Source: Antechinus flavipes (Eukaryota). From it: DNA of 64,000 nt. The stretch lies in the NCBI RefSeq assembly GCF_016432865.1, contig NC_067398.1, forward strand, positions 117,180,001-117,244,000, given 5' to 3'. Both the position numbers and the translations under genes were made by a program. The number at the start of each line of letters is the position of its first letter. The stretch's first letter is position 1. Of this stretch, positions 20,301-30,823 are shown one piece after another. Under the pieces are notes generated by a model that was given only the letters and a program-made list of their open reading frames with translations, was not told the origin of the DNA and did not search any database.

Positions 20301-22380
20301 ACAACAGAACCAGAGATGGAGGAAAAGGAGCTTGAGGGAGGCCAAGAGGCCCAGGGTGGTAGAGGCCATAAAGTGGGAGAGTCTGAAGTCCAGGAAAGGG
20401 AAGCAACAAAAGCTAACGAATACTGGGAGGTAGAAGATGAGGTCATAGGAAGTCAGCAGGTGAAGGAGACTGAGGAAAGTCAGGAGAGAGAGGGTGAAAG
20501 CAGCAGTACACTGGAGAGAGAAGCTGAAGTCTGGCAAGGAAATACCAGAAGCCCATGGGATACTGAGAGAGAAAATGAAGGAGCAGGGCTGAATTTAAAG
20601 GAGGCTGATGCTAGAAGAAGCCAGGAGACAGAGCAGAAGGTGAAAAGAGACCAGAAGGAAAGCAAGAGGGACTGGGACTCAGAAGAGGCAATCAGCCAAG
20701 AAATTATGGAGGTTAGAGAAATTCCGAGTTCAAATTTTTTAGAGGTTGGAGTTAGGGAAGCACTAGAGGAAGAAGATAAAGGCTTCCGGGAGGTTGAAGG
20801 AACTGAAGAATGCCATACAGCAGGGAGAATGACAGATAGAGACCAAGTTGTAGAAGAATCAGAGATCGGGAGAACCTGGGAAAGGGAGGAGAAAGAGTCT
20901 GAGGGAGAACAAGAAACAGGTTCAGCAGAAGCCAAAGAATCCTGGGTAGCTGAGAAAGAGGAGGCAGGAAGCAAGTGTGAGAAAGAGAGCTTTGCCTTTT
21001 ATCAGGGAGCAGAGATACAGATGGCAATGACCAACACAGAAGTGAAGCTTGGGAGGGGGGAAGAGTTGGAAGGACAAATCAAGTCAGAGGAAAAACCTGA
21101 AGAGGGCCAGGGAAACAGGGAAACCAAGCAGGGGCTTGATGGGGACCAGAGGGTGAGTACCTGGGCCCTGGAGGAAGAGACACAGTGTGAGGGAGACACC
21201 CAGACAGAGACTGAGGCTTGGGGGAGCCATGCCGTAGAGGGAGAAACTTCCATGGACAACCAGTCCACAGAGGAAGTAGAGGCTAATGGGGGCAGGAGGC
21301 TAGAGGCAGTGATGATGATGGCAAGCAGGCAAGGAGATGAAAATGGGGAGGAGTTGGAGCCTGCCAAGTGCTGTGACACTGAGAGATGGAGAGATGGAGA
21401 CAAGGACTCAGAAGCTCCTGGGGCCTGGGAATCCAGTGAAAAACCTGGAAGTGGCCGGGACTTACAGAAAGCAGAGCCCGGTCAAGGCAGAAGAACAAAG
21501 GAAGTTGCAGCTATAGATTCTGGAGCCTTGGAGGCTTCAGAAAACGGAGGATCAGAAACCACAGCATCCACCAACGCAATAACAATAAGACTGTCCCCTG
21601 AACCCAATCCTGCTGAAGCCCACAGTAGCTGGAATGAGGTGAGATGATGTGAAAAGGACTTTGAAAGATGTAAAGTATTGTGTAAGTATAAAATATATTT
21701 AAAATTTAAATCATTATTGATATTAATGATAAAGTATCTTATGATGTCAATGAGAAAATAATGTGAAAAGGACTTTGAAAGATGTAAAGCATTACCCAAG
21801 TGTAAAATATAATTAAAATTTAAATCATCATTACTGATATTAATGATAAAGTACCTCATGATGTCAGTGAGAAAGACTCCAAGGTCTAGTTAGGACCAAA
21901 CCTTGGACATGACCCCAGAATTCCTCTCTTGCTTTCCCACAGGCCCCCATCCCCAGTCCATGCCTGGACCTTTCCATTCCCAGAAGTCGAGTTCTCCTGT
22001 CCAGAAATGCCTCCCAACGCCGATCACGACCCTCTTTTCGAAGGGCAACAGCACCAAAGCAAGATGACAGCGATGATGGTGATGAATCACTGGGCTTTCT
22101 TCCCAATGAAGGGTCCCCAGCTTCAAAACTGAGATTGCTCCAATCCGAGGAAACTGCAGTGCCAAGTCCCCCTAAGGCAGAGGGGACCCCAGTGACAGCA
22201 AGAAAACCGCCCCTAGGCCATGGGTAAGAAGTGGGTGAGGTTGATGGAGGGGAAAAAACGGGACCCAATCATAATCCATTAATTCTCCATGATCCTCTTT
22301 ACTCCCTCAGGTTTGGCCTTGCTCACCCCAACATGATGCAGGAGTTACAAGCTCGTCTGGGACGGCCCAAGCCACAGTGA
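17374..22380 (+). CDS. APOBR: Apolipoprotein B receptor orthologue (1362 aa, Glu-rich). Exons: 17374-17430, 17958-21638, 21943-22223, 22311-22380
   Basis: Exon 1 MELLRLHFPGVHRALREAL and exon 2 start DSLSTFASYLLGD match the human N-terminus. Internal ESPFPKQ..ER.EEAA, exon 3 LDLSIPRSRVLLSR..SQRRSRPSFRR and C-terminal GFGLAHPNMMQELQARLGRPKPQ* also match. The 3681-nt open exon 2 is the 1191-aa ORF of the track extended 5'. Position between CLN3 and IL27 is as in human. Confidence 0.95.
21647..21874. repeat. AT-rich tandem duplication (114/117-nt units) in APOBR intron 2
   Basis: atgtgaaaaggactttgaaagatgtaaag at 21647 and 21761; both units end gatgtca(a/g)tgagaaa. Confidence 0.9.
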
Positions 22381-22659
22381 CCTGAAGTCCATCAGTCTAA
22401 TACCCCTCTCCTTTTTCCCTCTTTCTTTCCCCTTAGTTTGTTCTTGCCACAACCCCATCTTCAAGTCTGGGATGATCTCCCCACCTCATAGTAACTTCTA
22501 TTCCTGTGTTCTAATCCCTAGAAGGGAAACCCCAGCCCTTGGTAGCTTTTCCTATTTTACTCAGATAATGTGGAATTAGTGGGGGTGGGGAAAAGGGGAG
22601 AAGCAGCAGCTTGAAGGGAGAATTAAAGAGACTTGCATTCATTCATCTCATAGGCTTTT

Positions 22660-22720
22660 TTTTTTTTTTGCTGAGGCAATTGGGTTAAGTGACTTGGCCA
22701 GGGTCACACAGCTAGGAAGT
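22660..22720 (-). mobile_element. 5'-truncated WSINE1 in or near the APOBR 3' UTR
   Basis: T tract plus gctgaggcaattgggttaagtgacttggccagggtcacacagctaggaag; TSD tcataggctttt at 22648-22659 and 22721-22732. Confidence 0.85.
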
Positions 22721-23412
22721 TCATAGGCTTTTTCTGAAGCCTTTATTACCACCATTACTTCCACCCATTCTTGAATACAAATACTAGACCCTTAGAAAGT
22801 TATTATAGGATCTGCTCACAGATCAGATGTAATACTGGGGGGAGGGAGGGAAGGAAGGTGGTTTTGACTTTCACTTGTGGTATCTGCCCATCATCCCTGT
22901 TACTTTAGGAAGCCTCACTTCCTCTCAGGACATAGGGTCCAGAGATGGGCTATTACCGCCATACTTTCTAGACAAGAAGTGGAGGGGAGAAGGAATGTAC
23001 TAGTAGACCAGGGATTCTAGAATCAATACCAGCCCGGGCTGCCAGGAGATGAGTTGTTTGGGGTAGCTTCAGAGGACTAGGGAAGAGGGCCAAGGAGGGA
23101 CACTGAACATGGCCCCATCCCCAAGGCATCTCTGGCCCTGAGAAGCATTGGGATACTTGTTAAAATCCTAGCAAGGCTAGTTGCCACAAAGAGCCACTGC
23201 AGCTGGGCCAGGCCCAACAGAATAGACAATGGTGATGAGGGAATAGCAGATGATCATGGGCACTTTGCCTTTGAAGGCTCTCTGCTTCAATCTCCTTTTG
23301 CTTTTCTCCCTTCTATTTTTCCATGACCAGGCAAACCATTCTATCTGCTGTAGGGCCTACCCAGAGGACTTATGTGCTCAGAGAAGAAAAAGAGAAAGAG
23401 GGGTTGAAAGTA

Positions 23413-23418
23413 TTTATT
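23413..23418 (-). terminator. Probable IL27 polyadenylation signal (AATAAA)
   Basis: tttatt on the plus strand about 430 nt past the IL27 stop. Confidence 0.6.
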
Positions 23419-23538
23419 ATTAGGTTGCCCAAGAATGACTATTTGATCTCACTCTCTGGGTTCCTCAAGGGAGCAAAAGGAAGACTATCCCCATTTTTTT
23501 CTTTCAAAAAAGAATAAATACAATTAGCACTTTCCTGA

Positions 23539-23600
23539 AAAATAAATAAATATCCAAGAAATAAATATCTTGCATAAACTTGAAGGCTCTTAAATTATGG
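23539..23600 (-). promoter_or_regulatory. AU-rich element cluster in the IL27 3' UTR
   Basis: Minus strand reads TATTTATTTATTTT plus further ATTTA pentamers, typical of cytokine mRNA instability elements. Confidence 0.6.
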
Positions 23601-23850
23601 GATGGGAATGGGCTCAGTAGCTAAGGTGAGAGAGAACCAAAGGGGCACACACCACAGTTTCCTGACCAGAGATGATACCACTGACAGGGGAAGGGAACTT
23701 GAGCTGGAACCTGGGAGCTCTCTCTCCTAGATGGCTCATGGCAGGGGGCTCAGCCTCAGGTTGGAAACCAAATGTAAGGGAGGGAGGTGGTGACACAGGT
23801 AGGAGAGCATCACCCTTGGTGGAAAGCTGTTCTTCTTAAGTAGCCAGGGA

Positions 23851-25496
23851 CTATGATTGAGCGACTCCCTTTGAGAGTAGAAGGAAATCTCGGACAGCTC
23901 TGGCAAGGACAAGCTCCAGAGATCGGAGAAGCTGATAGGTACTCAGAAGCTGTGGCCAGGAGACCTGGTGCACAGTAAGAGAAACTCTCCTTAAGGCCCT
24001 TTCCTCCAGACCTCGCGCTTCCTCATCCTCCTGAGGACTGTATCCTATAGCCTTCATCTATGACAAGAGACAAGGGATCAAGTAAGTCACACAGATCAGG
24101 GTAAAAACAGGGTGTTACTCAGGAAATCAGTGAACTTAGAGCATAGAGGGAAGGGGTGGTCACACCTGGTAATGGAGATGTGACCGCAGGTCCCGAAGGT
24201 CCAGCTGGGCAGTCCAAAGCCGTTTCCTCAAGGATCCCTTCCAGCCCTGGTGGCCCTCTAGTTCTCCTAGAGGAGCCTGGAAGTGACCCAGAAGGCTGGA
24301 AAGCAAACAAAGTCGATCTGGGTCCTGGGAAAGAAAGAATCAGAAATGGAAATAGGGTTAAGGCAAGAGAACAAAAATTCTCAACAATGAACTCAGGCTT
24401 TGACTCATGAGGTCATCTCAGTCACCCACTTTATCTCTAACCCAGCCACTTTATTCCCTCCTCTGTTCAATTCTTTCAAACTCCTTCTCATCCTTCATTC
24501 CCAATTCCATCTTAGACCTTCATCACTATCCCCATCCTATCCTTAACCTCATCCCTTCAAACCTCTTCATCCTCTCTTAACCTCCTTAAGTCTCATCTCC
24601 TATCTCAGTCCCTCATCAATCATCAATCTCCCACCAAAGCCCAAAATCCACCCTTATCTTTAGGAGCCTCTTCAACCTCAACCCTGATAGCAGATCTTCT
24701 TCCCTAACTCACTGAAAGTTGGAGCCAGGTCTTGAATGTCATGGTGACATTGGGAAGTTGTTCTGTCAGGGGAAGAAAGTCCAAGGATACGCCAACCAGG
24801 TGTGTATCTGCCTGTATAAGCAAAAGATTAACAGGGGGCTCTCCAAGGTGGCTTCCCTTGCCAACCTCCTGCCAAACGAGTCTCATCAAGTTTTTCCATT
24901 CCTTAGTCAATTGGATTCTGATGACTCACAAAGAGATGGGCAATACCCCGGATCTCTGAAAGCAGCTTTCTGGCAAGCCTCAGGCTGATCTTGAACTCAC
25001 TCCTCATGTCCAGCAAACCATGAGGAGGTTGCCTTCGAGGCCATGGGAACCCACAGGTGACAGCCTTGTTCAGGAGCAAGGAGAGCAGCAAGAGATTAAA
25101 CCCTTGAAAAACGGAGAACATGAGATTAGAGGGAAGTAAAATAGGGGAGAAAGGAGTGAATGGGGAGCTGAAGAGTAGTATGAGGGAGAATGGGCACAGC
25201 TATCTCAAACTGTAGTGGACTTTGAGAAAGATTAGCTTGGTCCAAGGCTCTCAAAGTATCCCAGGCCATCCTAATACTAAGGAACTTGAGTTTGGGCTTC
25301 CTTTTATCTGGCTGGAATAGATGGGATGGGGGTAAATCCAATAAGATTGGAATCACTCCAACTTCCTAAAATATACTGGATTCCATCCTGATTTACAACA
25401 TCAGAGGCTAAAGAACCTAGGGAATAAAGATCTAGGGGACAGAACAGGCTGTGATGAGGAAAGGACTGAGGATAAAACGATTAGGAGATGTAAAAG

Positions 25497-25541
<45 letters not shown>

Positions 25542-26951
25542 TAAGTTGTGAGTTCCATCAATGAGAGCAATGTCTGCTTTATTTAATTTTTATACTTCCC
25601 TCAGTTCTCATTGAAGGCACTTCAATGTTTGTTAAACTTTATTGATTGACAGACCACATAGAGGCAGGAAAAAGGGTTGGGGGACAAAGGGATGAAGGTT
25701 GAAGTGATAACAAAAAAACATGGATGTTGGTATAAAAAAGAAAAAGAATAGAATCAGAAGGAAGGGGTGGAAATGAGAGGGCAGAGAATTGAAGGTTTGG
25801 AATGAGAGTTGGAAAGGGAATGAGGACATAGGAGTAATGGTAAGGTTACCAGGTAAAGACAGGACTAATGGTTAAGGAAGGGAAAAGTGGTATGGATCAG
25901 AGGAAGAGACAGAAGATGGAAGTTAGGGAAAAGGAAAAGGTTTGGAAGAACAGGATTAGGGATTGGGAAAGAGGAATAAAGATTAGAGGGAGAGACAGCA
26001 GGAATGGGGAGCAATACAAGATGGAGAGGGACAGGAATCTGAAAGAACTGATGGTCTAGGGTTTATCTTTCAGTTAATCTTATAATTACTGGAGTTACCC
26101 AATTCTCCTCAAAAAACAAACCAAAATTTCCCTTGATCTCATCCTTGCCCATATTCTAACCATCTCTCTCTCCAGATAAATAATACCCCTATCTCTTTTA
26201 CCTTAACCTGGCATTTTCCTTTTCTGTCCCTTCCATTTTCTAGTTCATTCTGGGTTCTAGTACCCAAGATGACTTACTCTTCCCATCTCAGGTACATGAG
26301 AAGCCCTTCAGATGGGATCAAGAAACTTAAAAGTATCATCACTCAATTTGGTCTACCAGACAGTCCTATACTTGGGATGAGGTACCACTCTGATTCTTAG
26401 TTGTTAGATCCCAGTTTAATACTGCTCTGTAACAGAAAGTCTGGCACTACTACCTTTCCCCCTACAAAGAATCAACTTCGTGAGATGGCAGTCACACAGC
26501 CTGAAACTCAAATTGAAAAACCTAGGGATTTTATGACCAAAAGCTGACACCTAAATAGCCCATTTCTACACCTCAAACCCCAAGACTTGATGATACCAAG
26601 TAAACCAAGTCTTCCATCCAGGCTTGGGCTGTAGTTTCATTACAGATCTTGCTCTCCTCCTGCCCCCCAACTCTATGTTCCACTATTGGGAGGACACTGC
26701 CTGCCTCCCAAATCCTTTCCAGTGTAATTAGAGCTCCAACTTCTTGCCACCCCATAATCTACCCTCTTTTCCTTTGAACTCTTTCTCTTTTCTTTCAAGG
26801 AATCTTTCCCCTTGGTCCTTTGTTCTATACCACAAGCCTCTTGGCTCCTACAATCATGTTTCTCCAACCCTCATCCCCAAATCCCTCAATTCCAGAGGCT
26901 TGTTTAGTCTACTCCCTATTCCATTAACTCACGCCAGCTCCCGTCTCTCAT
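23851..26951 (-). CDS. IL27: Interleukin-27 alpha subunit (p28), 218 aa. Exons: 26933-26951, 24930-25102, 24713-24811, 24166-24324, 23851-24057
   Basis: Exon sizes 173/99/159 nt equal the human exons. Signal peptide MRDGSWRFNLLLLSLLLNKAVTCG; helices EFKISLRLARKLLSEIRG, DPDRLC, LDLRDLRSHL, QVSWPQLLSTYQLLRSLELVLARAVRDFLLLSK. Exon 1 (19 nt, phase 1, TGGC|gtgagt) lies just downstream of a TATA box and ISRE; it is the least certain exon. Confidence 0.94.
25499..25540. repeat. (GT)n microsatellite in IL27 intron 1
   Basis: Uninterrupted GT run. Confidence 0.95.
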
Positions 26952-26998
26952 CTTCTGGCAACGTCTTTCTTACCAGCCATCCCCTCCCTCTTGGAGTT

Positions 26999-27095
26999 CT
27001 TATACGGGGGGCCAGCCCCCACTTTCAGTTTCTCTCCTACTTACACTTTCAGCTTCGCTCTCAAACTCCTCTAAAATGGGGAAATGTAATTTCCC
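26999..27095 (-). promoter_or_regulatory. IL27 core promoter: TATAAG (27004-26999), ISRE GAAACTGAAA (27032-27023), kappaB-like palindrome GGGAAAT-GTA-ATTTCCC (27079-27095)
   Basis: Motifs read directly, 50-145 nt upstream of the IL27 ATG. IRF1 control through a proximal ISRE is established for mammalian IL27. Confidence 0.7.
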
Positions 27096-28641
27096 TTCCC
27101 ATAGTCAGAGGGGCTGGAGTTTTCTTGGCAACAAAGGGGATGGGATCATGGACCAGCTTCCTCCTTAGGTAACTAGGTCTTGGCTCTTCCTCTCTCCCAT
27201 TTACCACCTCCAGTTCGTTTCTCTGGATCATCTCATCTCAGAATTCTTAACTAGTTCAGATTATTTAAATAGAACACTTGCTGCATTAACAGCATGATAT
27301 ATCCATCTGTTTCTCTCACAGACTTAAATTACCTGCCCATTTCTTATATATTTCTAGGAGGTTATCTTTTCCATTAAATGACATTGGCCAGTCAGCCATG
27401 AGAAAAGTTTTGTGGGCTCCCCTCCCCAAAGAGTGGAAGGAAACAAGGATTCAGATTATTTTTAAGATTGTAGACAGTTTAAGACCTTCTGCTTAGTTAG
27501 GTATCAAACTATGGTTAATGTTAGGGAATTAATCCATGGCTGGCATCCTTTTATGGTCAAATTAGGAGTCAGTGGTTAGATTGGGGTCAATTTAAGGCTA
27601 GGATTGAGTCAGTTTGTGGCCACAGTTGTGCAGTTATTATATGACCAAAATGAGGGTGTAGTCTGTGGCTGGGATTAAAAGAAAATCTGGGATTACAAAA
27701 TGAGTCTTTTCCTGATCATGGGATGGTTAGTGTTCAAGATTCAAATCATGACCAAAGTTAGGGGTATGGCTGAGATGAGAGCGCTGCCCTCCCTGCTGAT
27801 GACCCCTACAGTTGTTCAGCTTGCCAGCCCATTAAGATTCCAGGATTGCCTTTACCTTCCTGTCCTTCTCTTCCCCTGGATTTCCCATCTTTGGCAGGGG
27901 AGGCAGTATTGGGGGTTTCTTATTTTTCCCGAAGGCATTTACTGCCACTTTCCATTTACAGCCTATGGGATTTCCCAGCTAGTTCCCTGGCAGTGAGAAG
28001 GAAACCATAGGGGCTTTCCCTGTCTCATCCTCCCTTCCCATAATCCTTTATCATGGGCACTACTAAAGCTGGCACTCCAGGCTTTCGTGACCAGCTGGGG
28101 GAAATTACAGTTTCTTCCCCAGGATCCTAGCCACTCTGGAGGGAGACCTAGGCATGCCAGGAACCAAGAGCCCTGGAGGGTGAGGGAGCCAGGGTGGTGT
28201 GAAGTGTATGATCCTTCCCAAGTCATCTACACAATAGAATGCTACCTGAAGAAAAGACTTCTTTTTTTCCCTGATCAATTTTTTTTTTTTTAATGTCAAA
28301 GGAAACAGTTGGAGAATCAGAGATAAGGGTCACTGAGTGATTAAGAAAGAGGTAGAGATATAAAGAAAGTAGATGGAAGTTGAGGTCAACAAGGTGGCCA
28401 ACCCAAGGGGAAGTTGATCTGACCTTCCACAGCAGGCAAAGGAAAGGCCACAGCAGTTAGAACTTAGCTGGAGATTGTTCACTTCTAGGGAACAATTTTG
28501 TTCTGCTAGGCATCTGACTTCCTTTCCACCTCAACATAGTTCTAACAAATGGGAACTTTTGGACACTGTTTTAATTAATAAGTGGCTGTGTCTTAAGCAG
28601 AGAAATCAAACCCAGGACTCTATCTCTCCCACCTCCACTCC

Positions 28642-28642
<1 letters not shown>

Positions 28643-28684
<42 letters not shown>
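28643..28684. repeat. (AC)n microsatellite upstream of IL27
   Basis: Uninterrupted AC run. Confidence 0.95.
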
Positions 28685-28686
<2 letters not shown>

Positions 28687-29774
28687 TTTTTCCTTGGGGT
28701 GAGAGGGGCTTTACAATTATATTTTGGAGAGCTGACTATGAAACAAAAGATACCCAGGGCCTTCTGGGTTCCCATAGGTACCTGAAGATCCTGCTATTAC
28801 TGGGAGACAGAAATCCCTAACCTGACTGGAATCGGCTCCCAGGTGATGAGGCTCTTTAATTTACTCATCACCTTGAAGACAGAAATAACCTCATCCAATT
28901 CACCCCATAGCACAAAAAAAAAAAAAAAAAAAACAGAAACCAGGAAAAACTTCCCCTAAATCATCTAGGGAGATGATATCACAGCCAGTCTAGGTCCTTG
29001 AGGAGTTTGGAGCTGAGAAGGGGGTTCCGTATCTTTATAGTTAATGGAGTCTTAGGAAAGATACTGAACTTATGGTCAAAAAATTCCAGCTCTACTCCCT
29101 GCTACTTACTTCTGAGACCTTCACCAACTCACAGCCTCTCTGACTTTCAGTCTTATCTGTAATAGAGATGTTCCTTGTCCTGCCTCAGATGGTTTCTGTG
29201 AGGACCAAATGAGAACTATATAGCACTATATAAATGCAAGCTCTGATTATTAATGGGCCCAAAGCCCAAAGAAGGGCAGGGGTGGGAGAGGAAGTAAGGA
29301 CCCACCCTCCAAGTACACACACCCTCACAGACAACAGTGTGAGGCCCAGGGGCCCATGTGGACTTTATTACTGTGCAGCGTTGACTCCATGGGCATCAGG
29401 AACAGTGGTAGGTCAAGTTGCCCCTACTCCCTGTGTCCTTTCCAGGCTTGAAAGGGAGCAGCAATTGTAGTGTTTGACCCTGGAATGTTACTCCAGCTCT
29501 CAGTCCCCAGGCATCTCTGGGAACAGGAAAAGCTCCAGGGTGGGAGAGAATGGTGGGACGGAGCTGGAGAGGAGCAAGCAGGAATCCCGTCCCTGCCCCC
29601 ACTCCCCCCAGAAGCAGCAGCTTCACTCTTTCCTCCTGCCTACTGGGTCGACACTGCACCAAATTCCCTTCAATTTTCCATCTCAGGGGCAGGTACCTGG
29701 GTAGAGAGAGGAAGAAGTTGAGCAGGGAAGGTCAGCTGAGGGTTTAGTTTTTCCTAAAATGGGAACAATGAATA

Positions 29775-30656
29775 ACTTCCTATTCGTGTTTTTATTGAAT
29801 CTCCTCTAGATCAGAAGTGTGTTCTAAGTAAACCAAAGAGTTCATATATACAAATGTATGTCAAAGAAAAGAGAGCACTTAAGATTGGTTGGACTAGCAA
29901 AATAATCAGTATAAAGATAAGTTTGAAATGAGATACCCTGGGATTGATCAGAGAACAACAAGGGAGAGAAAAGATAGAATGTAAGAGAAATTGGCAGGAA
30001 ACTAACAGAAGGGAGTGGGGGTGGGAAGGTGGGGGACCAGGAAGGTCTGACTGAGACCTGTCTTTGTGGCACTGTCTTTATAAAAGGGTTTGCCTCAGAG
30101 CCCTGGCAGAAAAGGGCTATTTCCTCCAAGACTAGCAAACAAGAGAACCTGGAAATAGAACTCTGCCTTTTGTTGAGAGCAGAAGCTAAGGAAATTAAGA
30201 ACAGACAAACTTCTCAGGGAGCAAGACAGAGATGACCAAAAATCAAGAAGGGACTGGTATAAGTGAGATGTGATAGAAAAATCTAAGTCTGGTAGACCAA
30301 AATTTTAGCTATTTCATTTTTTTAAAAAATGTTTACATATATGAACATATGGCTTTACTTATAGCTACTGTTTATGATTTTTTAAAAAAAATTTTAAAAG
30401 AAAAAATCCCAATCTATGAAATCTCTGAGACTTACCTCCTAAGCTGGACAAGATTGCATTCTGAAACTATGCTGTGTACCTGCAATTACCAACCTGTAGA
30501 TCTGCACCCTGAGCATCCTCACACTGGAGTTAAAGTAGGCTCTTGTACTCTAAACAATTGGCCTGATTATGGTCTTGCTGATGACTCACTACTGAGGAGG
30601 GATACAGAGGAGATAAGGCACCCAGTTTTTCAGTTTAGGACAAAGAACCCCAAGGC
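29775..30656 (-). other. Probable non-coding last exon (3' UTR) of the PITP gene
   Basis: Donor gtaagg 22 nt after the stop (30800-30801), candidate acceptor ctctag at 30657-30658, AATAAA at 29791-29796 on the minus strand. The acceptor choice is inferred. Confidence 0.55.
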
Positions 30657-30823
30657 CTAGAGTAGCGGTGTCGAGAAGGTCAGAGGCCCCTGAAGCCCAG
30701 GGTTTCCCCAATAGGACACTACTGAGCAGCACCCCACACGCTCAATAGCAGTGCTGCCATTCCCTGCCACCCCAAGCATACCTTTCCAGGGCCCTCCTTA
30801 CCTGCCCAGGTCTGGCTGAGGTC

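Noticed and set aside
17981-21498. Many minus-strand S/L/F/P-rich ORFs over APOBR exon 2
   Set aside because: Antisense shadows of a purine-rich coding exon; no independent support.
21647-21874. APOBR intron 2 repeat as a pair of C/D snoRNAs
   Set aside because: No exact RTGATGA box C, CTGA in only one copy, and no terminal stem.
26948-26980. Short upstream ORF (MAGKKDVARR*) whose stop overlaps the IL27 ATG
   Set aside because: Its ATG is only 24 nt from the TATA box, probably at or before the transcription start, so it is unlikely to be in the mRNA.
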